DNA of 64,000 nt. It comes from Candidatus Eremiobacteria bacterium. GTDB lineage: Bacteria > Vulcanimicrobiota > Vulcanimicrobiia > Vulcanimicrobiales > Vulcanimicrobiaceae. This document shows positions 19,964 through 28,981 of the stretch, one piece after another (the stretch's first letter is position 1; every line of letters begins with the position of its first letter). The translations under genes were made by a program, and so were the position numbers. The stretch spans positions 192,001-256,000 of the forward strand of contig CAVWUU010000004.1 in assembly GCA_963758295.1 (NCBI GenBank), given 5' to 3'. A model generated the notes under the pieces. The model did not search any database. It was not told where the DNA came from and saw nothing but the letters and a program-made list of their open reading frames with translations.

Positions 19964-21079
19964 CTACAGCGTGCCGCGTTTCTCTTGCTCTTTTTCGATC
20001 GAGACGAAAAGTGCTTTGAAATTGCCTTTGCCGAACGAAAGGCTGCCCTTGCGCTGAATAATTTCGAAAAAGACCGTCGGCCGGTCCTGAAGCGGCTTCG
20101 TGAAGATCTGCAGCATGTAGCCGAGATCGTCGCGATCGACGAGGATGCGGCGTTGGCGAAGAACGTCGAGCGCTTCGTCGATTTTGCCGACGCGCTCCGC
20201 GAGCATCTCGTAATACGAATCGGGCGTGTCGAGAAACTCGACGCCGTTACTACGCAGGGCGTCGATCGTTGCGACGATGTCGTCGGTGCGGATGGCGATG
20301 TGCTGCACGCCGGCGCCGCGGTAGAAGTCGAGGTATTCCTCGATCTGCGATTTCTTCTTGCCTTCGGCCGGCTCGTTGATCGGAAACTTCACCTGATGCC
20401 GCGAATCCGTCATGACTTTGGATTTCAGCGCGGTGTACTCGGTGGAAATATCTTTGTCGTCGAACGAAACGAGTTGCGAGAATCCGAAAACCTTCGCGTA
20501 GAACTCGCCCCACGCGTCCATTTCTCCCCAGCCGACGTTCCCGACGCAGTGATCGATGAACTGAAGTTCCGGCTTCTTGCTTCCGGAAACTGATTTGCGC
20601 TCTTCGACGTAGCCGGGCATGAATGCACCTTTGTAGCCGTCGCGCTGAACGAAGCTATGGACGGTATCGCCGTAGGTGGCGATCGTCGCTTTGAGCACCC
20701 GGCCGTGCTGATCTTTTTGCTCGGTGGGAGGCATGACCGATTTTGCTCCGCCGGTGATAGCCATGTCGTACGCCGCTTTCACGTCGTCGACGAGGATGGC
20801 GATATCTTTCACGCCGTCGCCATGCAGCATCACGTGCCTGCTGATTTCATCGTCGGGCACGAGGCTGGCGGTGATGACAAAGCGCAGCTTGTTCTGCTGG
20901 AGCACGTAACTAGCACGGCCGTACACGCCCGTCTCCGGGCCGGCATAGGCCACTTGGTCGAAACCAAACGCAGACATGTAATAGTGCGCCGCCTGTTTGG
21001 CGTTGCCGACGTAAAACTCGACGTAATCCCAATCGATCCGCGAAAGCGGATTGCTGCGTGCCTCGGTCATGGTGCTCAT
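19964..21079 (-). CDS. hppD: 4-hydroxyphenylpyruvate dioxygenase
   Basis: HGDGVKD, IDHCVGN, PINEP, QIEEYL, GVQHIA, LQIFTKP, FGKGNF. Confidence 0.95.
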   Translation of the reverse strand: MSTMTEARSNPLSRIDWDYVEFYVGNAKQAAHYYMSAFGFDQVAYAGPETGVYGRASYVLQQNKLRFVITASLVPDDEISRHVMLHGDGVKDIAILVDDVKAAYDMAITGGAKSVMPPTEQKDQHGRVLKATIATYGDTVHSFVQRDGYKGAFMPGYVEERKSVSGSKKPELQFIDHCVGNVGWGEMDAWGEFYAKVFGFSQLVSFDDKDISTEYTALKSKVMTDSRHQVKFPINEPAEGKKKSQIEEYLDFYRGAGVQHIAIRTDDIVATIDALRSNGVEFLDTPDSYYEMLAERVGKIDEALDVLRQRRILVDRDDLGYMLQIFTKPLQDRPTVFFEIIQRKGSLSFGKGNFKALFVSIEKEQEKRGTL

Positions 21080-21209
21080 GGCCGTTGGCTTGGCGAAGCG
21101 TCCGGGGGTGCCCTGTTGGCAGGTGGGCACAAAGGCTCGGTGCTTCCCCTATCCCGTGCCGCAGAGCGGTGTTACCATCGCTGTGTCAGCGCCCGAAAGC
21201 GAGGTTGCT

Positions 21210-22619
21210 ATGAACCCTGTGCGCGCTTTGACACTCGCCTTTTGTGCGGCGCTCCTCTCGGCTTGCGGCCGGATGCAGCCGCCTGCAACGCCGGCCGTGC
21301 CGAATGACGCCGCTGCCGCACAAAGCGCGATGATGGTGAATGATGCTTTGCCCCAGCTCGCGCCGGCTTTAAGTACGCCCATCGGCGTTAGCACGACCGG
21401 CCGTGTCGGCGTCGCACACGTCTTCGACCAAGGAATCACCGAAGCCGAGATTGCCGCGGACAAAAATCGCTATAACGTCGAGTGGGGCACGGCGATTCCG
21501 GCGGTGTGGAGAGCCGCCGACCCGGCGGCATGGGTTTCGCGATACTACATCTTAAACGAGGACAATGTCGGAATCTCGGGCCGCGGTCTTCCGTATTGGC
21601 AACAGTTCCGCGGCAGGCCGGATCTCATACCGGGCAGTTGGATTCTCTACGCATGCACGCCGGGCGGCGTCGGCACGCGGCAAATCGCCTACACGCCCGG
21701 GACCGGAAGTACGGTTGCGCCTTCCGGACTGGCGGACGTCCCTTTGGATATCCACAATCCGTACGTCCGAGACTATCAAATTCTCTCCCTCGTGAATTAC
21801 GCGATCGCGCATCACTATAATGCGATCGGCGTCGACGAAGTGCTGCTCTTCAACGTTTTGCGCGGCGGAAATCCGCACTTCGGGCAGCAGGTAATCACCG
21901 GGTACTACGGTTGCGGAATCTGGCAGGGAAACACGTTCGTCCGCCATTACGCCAGTCCAATCGACCCGGTATGGGCGGCCGACGTGATCGCGTGGATCGC
22001 GCGCGCCCACCAGCTTCTGACTACTACGTTCGCTACGTCGCACATTGCATTAATCGTAAATCATCCGGCTGCCGCGCTTAGCGCAAGCGAAGAAAGCCTT
22101 CTCGTAAACGTCAACATCGCGCTAAACGAAACGGGCTATTCATCGTACGGAACGTACAATCAGCCGTATCAAGCCGGCCTTTTCAGGACGACGCAGGCGT
22201 GGACGCGCTGGGCTCAGCTGCACGGCGTTCGAATCGTTACGATAGACAAGTTTGCGTTCACCCCCAGCATTTCGACGGCGCAACGCGATCTATCGCTTGC
22301 CACGTACTTCATGGGAAACTTCGGAGCCGAAGACCTCGTCGTCACGGGCGCTCACTATACGACGCAGCCATACTATGCCGAATTCGCGACGGTAATGGGT
22401 GCGGCGTGCGGGGAGATGTACCGCGACGTCAGCAGCACGAACATTTACTTGCGGCGCTTCGCAAACGGCATTGCGGTGGTGAATGCGGGGTTCACGCCGC
22501 AGACGGCGCATTTGCCGGCGCACGTTTATCATGACGTGCTCGGCCGTACTTTCGTCAATCCGGTGCCGGCAAGCGATGCCAACATGATGAGCACGACCAT
22601 CGGGACGGGCTGCCGCTAG
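21210..22619 (+). CDS. Lipoprotein, putative glycoside-hydrolase-like (GHL15-like) protein
   Basis: GAGG SD, LLSAC lipobox, YNAIGVDE, C-terminal YLRRFANGIAVVN. Confidence 0.6.
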   Translation: MNPVRALTLAFCAALLSACGRMQPPATPAVPNDAAAAQSAMMVNDALPQLAPALSTPIGVSTTGRVGVAHVFDQGITEAEIAADKNRYNVEWGTAIPAVWRAADPAAWVSRYYILNEDNVGISGRGLPYWQQFRGRPDLIPGSWILYACTPGGVGTRQIAYTPGTGSTVAPSGLADVPLDIHNPYVRDYQILSLVNYAIAHHYNAIGVDEVLLFNVLRGGNPHFGQQVITGYYGCGIWQGNTFVRHYASPIDPVWAADVIAWIARAHQLLTTTFATSHIALIVNHPAAALSASEESLLVNVNIALNETGYSSYGTYNQPYQAGLFRTTQAWTRWAQLHGVRIVTIDKFAFTPSISTAQRDLSLATYFMGNFGAEDLVVTGAHYTTQPYYAEFATVMGAACGEMYRDVSSTNIYLRRFANGIAVVNAGFTPQTAHLPAHVYHDVLGRTFVNPVPASDANMMSTTIGTGCR

Positions 22620-22656
22620 GCAAAGCGTCTCGGGGACCCTCGTTGAATGGGCGGGC

Positions 22657-24270
22657 ATGGACGCTGCAACGAGGCTCGTCGCCGACGTGACCATGGCAAC
22701 GGTGACCGCCGCCGCCGGCGGCGTTGCCATGCGCGCGATTCGCATTCCGCCGGTTGCCGGCTACCTGCTCGCGGGACTTCTCATCGGGCCGTTCACCGGC
22801 GGCTACATCGCCGACACGGCAAGTTTGTCGGGACTCGGCGAAGTCGGGCTTATTTTTCTCGTCTTTACGCTCGGCCTGGACTTTTCGCCGCGCGAGCTGC
22901 GCGAGATCGGCGCGCGCGCCCTGGTTGCAAACGTCGCCGTGATGGCGGTGATCGGCGCTGTCTCATGGCTGTTAGCCATGCGGCTCGGTGCCGTCCATCC
23001 TATAACGTTCGGCTTGGTCGTGCCGCTCTCGAGTACTGCGATCGGCGTCGCCTTGCTGCGTGCGATGAATGTTGCGGGCGGCCCGCTTGGACGCATTGCC
23101 GTGACGATGTTGGTGAGCCAGGATCTCCTCGCCGTCATTGCGCTTGTTCTTGTGTCCGCTCCGAAAGAAGCGCTGACGGTCGCCGGACTCGGCATTGCCG
23201 TGGTGAAGGGCGTCGCTTTCGTCGTGGTCGCTTTGGTCTTCGGCGCAACGATTTTGCAGCGCGCGGTGCGGGCCGCGATCGTGCGCGTCCCGGCAGAGCT
23301 TCTGATCCCGTGTTTTATCGCGCTTGCGCTTGCAGCGGCTTGGCTTGGGCATTTCGCGGGCCTCTCGCTGGAATTCGGCGCGTTCCTCGCCGGTGCGGTG
23401 ATTTCCGAAGCGGCCGGAAGCCGCACGGCGCACGCGATCGTTGCGCCGTTTCGCGAACTCTTCGTAATGCTGTTCTTCGTTTCGCTCGGGATGCTGTTGG
23501 ACGTTCGCGCCGTCGGAAACTCGTGGAGCGCGATCGTCTTCGCCGCGATCGCGCTTATCGTGACGCGCAGCGCGCTGTGGACGTTCGCCGGCCGCTTTTT
23601 GCGTCTGCGTCCGAGCGCCGCTTTGGCGCTTGCCTGCGCGATGGTTCCTCTTGGCGAATTCAACATGGTTTTGGCAAGCGCAGCGCTCGCCGCTCGCCGG
23701 CTCTCGTCGACGGAATTTGCGATCGTCGTAGGCACGACGTTCGTAACGATTGTCGTATCGGCGGGCGCATCACCGGCGTTTCGCGGAAGGATCGATGAAA
23801 GAACCGATACGCGAGGGCACGTCGCGTCGTCGGGAGCGAGCTCGGACGCGGTGATCATCGGCTACGGACGCGTGGGCGAAGTGACGGCGAAGCTCTTGAT
23901 GCGCGCGCAGCGTTCGGTCCTCGTAATAGAATCCGACGCGCAAAAATGCGAGCGGGCGCGCGCGTTCGGAATGCAAGCGATCGCGGCCGACGGCGGCGAT
24001 CCGCTCGTGCTCGACACCGCCATCGGTCCCCGGACGGAATTGGTCGTGACGACCGTTCCAAACACGCACGTGAATGCCGCCATCGTGAAGCGTTTGCGAG
24101 GACGCGGAATAGCGACCGTCGCGCGTGCCGTTACCGCCGCCGACGTTGAAGTGTTGCGCACGGCCGGTGCGGACGAAGCGCTTTCACCCGAGGCCGAAGG
24201 AGCGCTCGATCTGGGGCGTGCCGCATTGCGGGCAATCGACATCTCGGAAGACACGCTGGCCCCGGCATGA
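22657..24270 (+). CDS. Kef-type (CPA2) cation:proton antiporter with TrkA-N domain
   Basis: GYLLAG..IGP, LSSTAI, QDL, GAFLAG, GEF, GYGRVG. Confidence 0.88.
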   Translation: MDAATRLVADVTMATVTAAAGGVAMRAIRIPPVAGYLLAGLLIGPFTGGYIADTASLSGLGEVGLIFLVFTLGLDFSPRELREIGARALVANVAVMAVIGAVSWLLAMRLGAVHPITFGLVVPLSSTAIGVALLRAMNVAGGPLGRIAVTMLVSQDLLAVIALVLVSAPKEALTVAGLGIAVVKGVAFVVVALVFGATILQRAVRAAIVRVPAELLIPCFIALALAAAWLGHFAGLSLEFGAFLAGAVISEAAGSRTAHAIVAPFRELFVMLFFVSLGMLLDVRAVGNSWSAIVFAAIALIVTRSALWTFAGRFLRLRPSAALALACAMVPLGEFNMVLASAALAARRLSSTEFAIVVGTTFVTIVVSAGASPAFRGRIDERTDTRGHVASSGASSDAVIIGYGRVGEVTAKLLMRAQRSVLVIESDAQKCERARAFGMQAIAADGGDPLVLDTAIGPRTELVVTTVPNTHVNAAIVKRLRGRGIATVARAVTAADVEVLRTAGADEALSPEAEGALDLGRAALRAIDISEDTLAPA

Positions 24271-24301
24271 ACGTCCGCATCGCGTCCGGAAAGACGGCCC
24301 G

Positions 24302-25234
24302 GTGAGCGCTTCGACCCTTTTGCCTTCCGTCCGCACGGCTCTCTTGGGACTGATCGACTACGCGGGCCTTTTTCCGCCCGCGAAACTAGAGATGCGTCCG
24401 TCCGTCGAGGAGTATGCCGGCGCGCGCGCGGGCCGGCATGCGTGGATGCTCGGGCGCTTCATCGTCCCGGCTTCGCGGCTGAAAGAGCTTCACGCTACGG
24501 AGGCCGGATCGGACATCGCTCTCTCCGTCATCGTTGACGCGCACGCCGATCCGCACGCGTGGTTCAATTCCGCAAATGCGCTCTTTGCTGATCTTGGGGC
24601 CCGCCGTTCCACCGGAGCGCGCATCGAAGCCTTGGAAGTTCCGCTTCCGAGATTGGCGACGAAACGCGAAACGTACGACGCGTCGATCGGTCAATGTGCG
24701 ATGCTGGCAGAGCGGTCGGGATTGCGCGACTTACCAATGTACGTAGAGATTCCACGCGATGAACGATACCTGGAATTGTTGTCCGGTGCCTTCAGCGCGC
24801 TTTCGCGATATCGCCTCGGGGCAAAGATTCGCTGCGGCGGCGTGGTCCTCGAGGCGTTTCCAAACGAGGAAGAAGTGGCCACGTTTCTCGCCGGAACAGC
24901 GGCGGAAAACATTCCGTTCAAAGCCACTGCCGGCTTGCATCATCCGATCCGGCACACCAACGAAGCGACGAAATTTCCGATGCACGGATTTTTGAATTTG
25001 CTGGCGGCTTCGATGTTCGCTCGTAACGCCGACATCGAGCTGCTGCGCGCGGTTCTTGCGGAGCAAACGCCGTCGGCATTTCAGTTTAGCGACCGGGGTT
25101 TCGCCTGGCGCGATCACAACGCCGGCCCGGAGCAGATTGCCGCTGCGCGCGAACACGCTTTCGTCGGATACGGAAGTTGCAGTTTCTCGGAACCGGTTGC
25201 CGATCTTATCGCACTCGAAATTCTCCCGAAGTAA
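24302..25234 (+). CDS. Conserved hypothetical protein preceding fahA
   Basis: IDYAGLFPPA, KIRCGG, FKATAGLHHP, MHGFLN, GSCSFSEP; 4 nt before fahA; GTG start inferred. Confidence 0.8.
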   Translation: MSASTLLPSVRTALLGLIDYAGLFPPAKLEMRPSVEEYAGARAGRHAWMLGRFIVPASRLKELHATEAGSDIALSVIVDAHADPHAWFNSANALFADLGARRSTGARIEALEVPLPRLATKRETYDASIGQCAMLAERSGLRDLPMYVEIPRDERYLELLSGAFSALSRYRLGAKIRCGGVVLEAFPNEEEVATFLAGTAAENIPFKATAGLHHPIRHTNEATKFPMHGFLNLLAASMFARNADIELLRAVLAEQTPSAFQFSDRGFAWRDHNAGPEQIAAAREHAFVGYGSCSFSEPVADLIALEILPK

Positions 25235-25238
25235 GGAC

Positions 25239-26507
25239 ATGGCGAAGAGTTCTTGGATTCCCGTGAAGCCCGGCAGCGACTTCACGATTCACAATTTGCC
25301 CTATGGAGCGTTTCACCGGAACGGAACCGTGCATCTTGGCGTAGCCATTGGGGAACGAATTCTCGATTTGCGCGAAGCGGCGGAAGCGGGGCTGTTCGAT
25401 GGTGTTTGCGATCGCGCGTTGCTGCAGGCGACAGGATTAAATCCCCTATTGGCCGCGGGCCGCGAGGTGTGGACGAAGGTGCGCGCGCGCCTTATCGAGT
25501 TATTGAGCGACGGCGGCGACACCGCGTTGCGAGCACTCGGCGGCGAGAAGGTCTTCGTCGAGCAGAACGACGTTCGGATGGCGATGCCCATGTCCGTCGG
25601 TGATTACGTAGACTTTTATTCCTCGCTCGAACACGCATCGAATCTCGGCAAACTGTTTCGTCCGCAGGCCGAGCCGTTGTTGCCAAACTGGCGCTGGATC
25701 CCAATCGGTTATCACGGCCGCTCGAGCACGATCGTGGTCGACGGAACGCCGGTCGTGCGTCCGAAGGGACAGCGCAAACCGCCCGATGCCGATGCGCCGG
25801 CATTCGGCCCCAGCGTACGGTTGGACATCGAACTTGAAATGGGGTTCGTTACGGGACCCGGAAACGCCATGGGCGAGCCGATTCCGATTTCGCGTGCGCG
25901 CGACCACGTTTTCGGGATGGTGCTCGTGAACGATTGGAGTGCACGAGACATTCAGGCGTGGGAGTATCAGCCGCTGGGACCGTTTCTCGGCAAGTCGTTT
26001 GCGACGACCATCTCGCCGTGGATCGTTACGATGGATGCACTCGAGCCATTTCGCATCGCGGGGCCGAAACAGGAGCCGGCGCCGCTCGAGTACCTGCACA
26101 CCGATGAGCCTTGGTCGTTCGCGATCCGGCTCGAGGTCGATCTGCAGACGAAGAAGATGCGCGAAGCCGGCATTGCGCCGGCAACCGTTTCGCGCACGTC
26201 GTTCAAAGACATGTACTGGAACGTCGCTCAACAGCTTGCGCACGTTACCGTGAACGGCACGGCGGTGCGCCCCGGCGATCTCTACGCGTCCGGAACGATC
26301 AGCGGCCCCACACCCGATAGCCTAGGAAGTTTCATCGAAATGACGTGGAACGGTGCGCGGCCGATCGCATTGCCCGGCGGCGAGGAACGCGCGTTTCTCC
26401 AAGACGGTGACGAAGTGACATTGCGCGGCTGGTGCGGCGACGGCGGAACGCGCGTCGGCTTCGGCACAGCGCGGGGAACGATTGTTCGCGAGCGTTCTAA
26501 CGCTTAG
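25239..26507 (+). CDS. fahA: Fumarylacetoacetase
   Basis: DFTIHNLPYG, DYVDFYSS..HA, PIGYHGRSS, LDIELE, NDWSARDIQ.WEYQPLGPFLGKSF. Confidence 0.95.
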   Translation: MAKSSWIPVKPGSDFTIHNLPYGAFHRNGTVHLGVAIGERILDLREAAEAGLFDGVCDRALLQATGLNPLLAAGREVWTKVRARLIELLSDGGDTALRALGGEKVFVEQNDVRMAMPMSVGDYVDFYSSLEHASNLGKLFRPQAEPLLPNWRWIPIGYHGRSSTIVVDGTPVVRPKGQRKPPDADAPAFGPSVRLDIELEMGFVTGPGNAMGEPIPISRARDHVFGMVLVNDWSARDIQAWEYQPLGPFLGKSFATTISPWIVTMDALEPFRIAGPKQEPAPLEYLHTDEPWSFAIRLEVDLQTKKMREAGIAPATVSRTSFKDMYWNVAQQLAHVTVNGTAVRPGDLYASGTISGPTPDSLGSFIEMTWNGARPIALPGGEERAFLQDGDEVTLRGWCGDGGTRVGFGTARGTIVRERSNA

Positions 26508-27040
26508 CTCGCACCATCACGGTGGAAGAGCATTGCGCTTGACCCCTTGTAAAGCGCGTCGGTCCAAAACCGGTAGCCGCATTTTTCCGCTACCCGAATT
26601 GAGGCTGCGTTTTCCGGCGAGATCATGCACGCCGTCCTTCGCGACGGCAGGTGTTCGTCGCCCCACTTTACGGCGGCAAGAACCGCTTCGGTCCCATAGC
26701 CTTTGCCGTGCGCGTGCGGCGCGAGCGCCCACCCGATTTCCGGAATGCCGTCGAGCGAAGGTTCGATTTGCCGGTGGTAATCCGCGAAGCCGAGTTCCCC
26801 GATAAAACGCCCGGAATCGCGCTCTTCGATCGCCCAATAGCCGAAATCGAGCATCGCCCAATGTCCCGGGTAGCGCAGAAGACGTCCCCACACTTCTTCG
26901 GGCGTCGACGGGCGGCCGCCGATATAGCGCGTGACCTCCGGGTCAGCCCACATTGCGGCGCACGCATCAAAGTCGCTTAGCGTGTGGGCGCGAAGAAGTA
27001 GCCGCGGCGTTCGAACTTTCGGGGCAGTGGTCATGGTCAC
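26504..27040 (-). CDS. RimJ/RimL-type GNAT acetyltransferase
   Basis: TPRLLLR, EIGW, GKGYGTEA, NAASIRVAEKCG. Confidence 0.88.
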   Translation of the reverse strand: MTMTTAPKVRTPRLLLRAHTLSDFDACAAMWADPEVTRYIGGRPSTPEEVWGRLLRYPGHWAMLDFGYWAIEERDSGRFIGELGFADYHRQIEPSLDGIPEIGWALAPHAHGKGYGTEAVLAAVKWGDEHLPSRRTACMISPENAASIRVAEKCGYRFWTDALYKGSSAMLFHRDGAS

Positions 27041-28203
27041 GCGTGAGCCGGCATTTCGATCCAGGACCGGTAGTATGCACCGTCTTCAACTTCGAGCGCG
27101 TTCTGTGCCATTTGCAGCGGCTTGAACGTATCGACCATGACGGCTATTTCATCCGTCGACGTTTTGCCCAAGCTCGCTTCGACGGCACCGGGCTGCGGGC
27201 CGTGCGGCGCGCCGGCGGCATGTAACGTGATCGACCCTTCCTCGACGCCGCGCCGGCTCATGAAGTTTCCGCTTACGTAGTACAAAACTTCGTCGCAGTC
27301 TACGCTTGAGTGATTGTACGGAACCGGAATCGCGAGCGGGTGATAATCGAACAATCGTGGCACGAACGCGCAAAATGCCGCACCGGGAGCTTCGAAGGTC
27401 GCGTGTGCGGGCGGCGGCTGATGGAGTTTGCCGGTGATCGGCATGAATTCCGAAAGGTTGAACGCGTAGGGATAGCAATAGCCGTCCCAGCCGACCACGT
27501 CGCACGGGTGATTTTGCACGGTGTAGATCGCGTTGCGTCCCGCGTTGCTCACGCGAACTTCGTACTCGCCGACCTGATCTACCGGCGCTTTCAAGAGCGG
27601 CGCACGAAAATCGCGTTCGTAATACGGCGCGTGTTCTTCCAGCTGGCCGAACTCATTGCGGTACTTTCGAGGGATTTTCACCATGCCGGCCGATTCGTGA
27701 ACGAGCATTCGCGTCGGCGACGACGGAAGAACACGGTACGTCGTTCCGGTCGGAATTACGACGTAGTCGTGTTCGCGATAGGCGAGATCGCCAAACGGTG
27801 TCTCGATGACGCCGTCGCCGTGATGGATGAAGAGCAATTCATCGCCGCCGGTATTCCGGTACCAGTACTCCATCGCCGCGTCGGCCTGCGCAATGGAAAC
27901 CAGAATGTCGCTGTTGCCTAACATCGGCGTGCGCGACGAAATTGCGTCGCCGCCGAGCTTAACGGTAGCGGTCTTGAAGTGACGATTGCGGAGCGGATCG
28001 TTAGGAACGAACTGCGGTTTGGGACGGTCCCAGGCGCGCACTTCCAACGTCGCCGTCGGCGGTCGCTCGTGGTACAGCAACGAGTACACGCTCTCAAAGC
28101 CCTTGGTCGAGAACAGCTCCTCGGCGTAGAGGCCGCCGTCCGGCCGGCGAAACTGAATGTGGCGCTTGTGCGGGAACGACCCGGCGCGAACGTAAGACGG
28201 CAT
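27037..28203 (-). CDS. hmgA: Homogentisate 1,2-dioxygenase (short bacterial type)
   Basis: PHKRH, DVVGWDG, HQPPPAH, FVPR, PYNHS, HAAGAPHGP. Confidence 0.92.
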   Translation of the reverse strand: MPSYVRAGSFPHKRHIQFRRPDGGLYAEELFSTKGFESVYSLLYHERPPTATLEVRAWDRPKPQFVPNDPLRNRHFKTATVKLGGDAISSRTPMLGNSDILVSIAQADAAMEYWYRNTGGDELLFIHHGDGVIETPFGDLAYREHDYVVIPTGTTYRVLPSSPTRMLVHESAGMVKIPRKYRNEFGQLEEHAPYYERDFRAPLLKAPVDQVGEYEVRVSNAGRNAIYTVQNHPCDVVGWDGYCYPYAFNLSEFMPITGKLHQPPPAHATFEAPGAAFCAFVPRLFDYHPLAIPVPYNHSSVDCDEVLYYVSGNFMSRRGVEEGSITLHAAGAPHGPQPGAVEASLGKTSTDEIAVMVDTFKPLQMAQNALEVEDGAYYRSWIEMPAHA

Positions 28204-28416
28204 TTATTGCTCCTGTTTGGACGCCCGTTCCGGCGCAGAAAAGTTTGTCCGGTGGGTCCCGTCGCAGAACGGCTTGGTGGCCGATTGGCCGCAACGGCAC
28301 AGCACGAAGGTTTCGCCCTCGAGCGAATACTCGTTTCCTTCGGCGTCGACGAGCGTGACCGGCCCGGTGACGAGATAGGGGCCGTTCTCGCGAACTTTGA
28401 TTCGAACTTCCTGCAT
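28204..28416 (-). CDS. CDGSH iron-sulfur domain protein
   Basis: NGPYLV...LCRCGQSATKPFCDGTH. Confidence 0.9.
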   Translation of the reverse strand: MQEVRIKVRENGPYLVTGPVTLVDAEGNEYSLEGETFVLCRCGQSATKPFCDGTHRTNFSAPERASKQEQ

Positions 28417-28489
28417 CGCCGCAAGGCGTTCGCCGCGCACCGGGCGCAATCCGTCGCGGCGACGAGGGAGTTCTATTACAATGCCGGTG

Positions 28490-28981
28490 CTACGGAGCAG
28501 AAGTAGCGTAAAGGCCGGTAAGTGTTGCGGTCGCAAGCACGTGCTGCGCGATACGCGTTTGTAGTTGGCCGGCAGTCAAGGGAGCCGATTCACCTATCGA
28601 TTTTACATCCAGTGCGTAGAGCGTGAAAATATAGTGATGGGTTTTTCCAGGCGGGGGACACGGGCCGTAGTAGCCCGTGTTTCCCGCGCCGTTTGTTCCG
28701 GAATTTTTCGCCGGCATGGCCTCGCCCGCGGCAAGCTCCGTTTTCGACGCAGGCATGTCGTAGAGGACCCAGTGATCGAACCCGCCTGCGTGTGGTGCGT
28801 CGGGATCGTGCACGATAAGTGCGAAACTCTTCGTACCGGCCGGCGCACTTTTCCACTGCAACGCCGGAGAGATGTTTGCGCCGCCGCAATCCTTCGCGAC
28901 CATGCTCGTTGGAACGGTTGTGTTTGGTTTGAACGTCGTCGTCATGAGTTGCATGGCGAGCGTTGCGGCGGCGATAAACAT
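28490..28981 (-). CDS. YbhB/YbcL (PEBP) family protein
   Basis: SPALQW, HDPDAP, FDHW, YYGPCPP, HHYIFTLYALD. Confidence 0.9.
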   Translation of the reverse strand: MFIAAATLAMQLMTTTFKPNTTVPTSMVAKDCGGANISPALQWKSAPAGTKSFALIVHDPDAPHAGGFDHWVLYDMPASKTELAAGEAMPAKNSGTNGAGNTGYYGPCPPPGKTHHYIFTLYALDVKSIGESAPLTAGQLQTRIAQHVLATATLTGLYATSAP

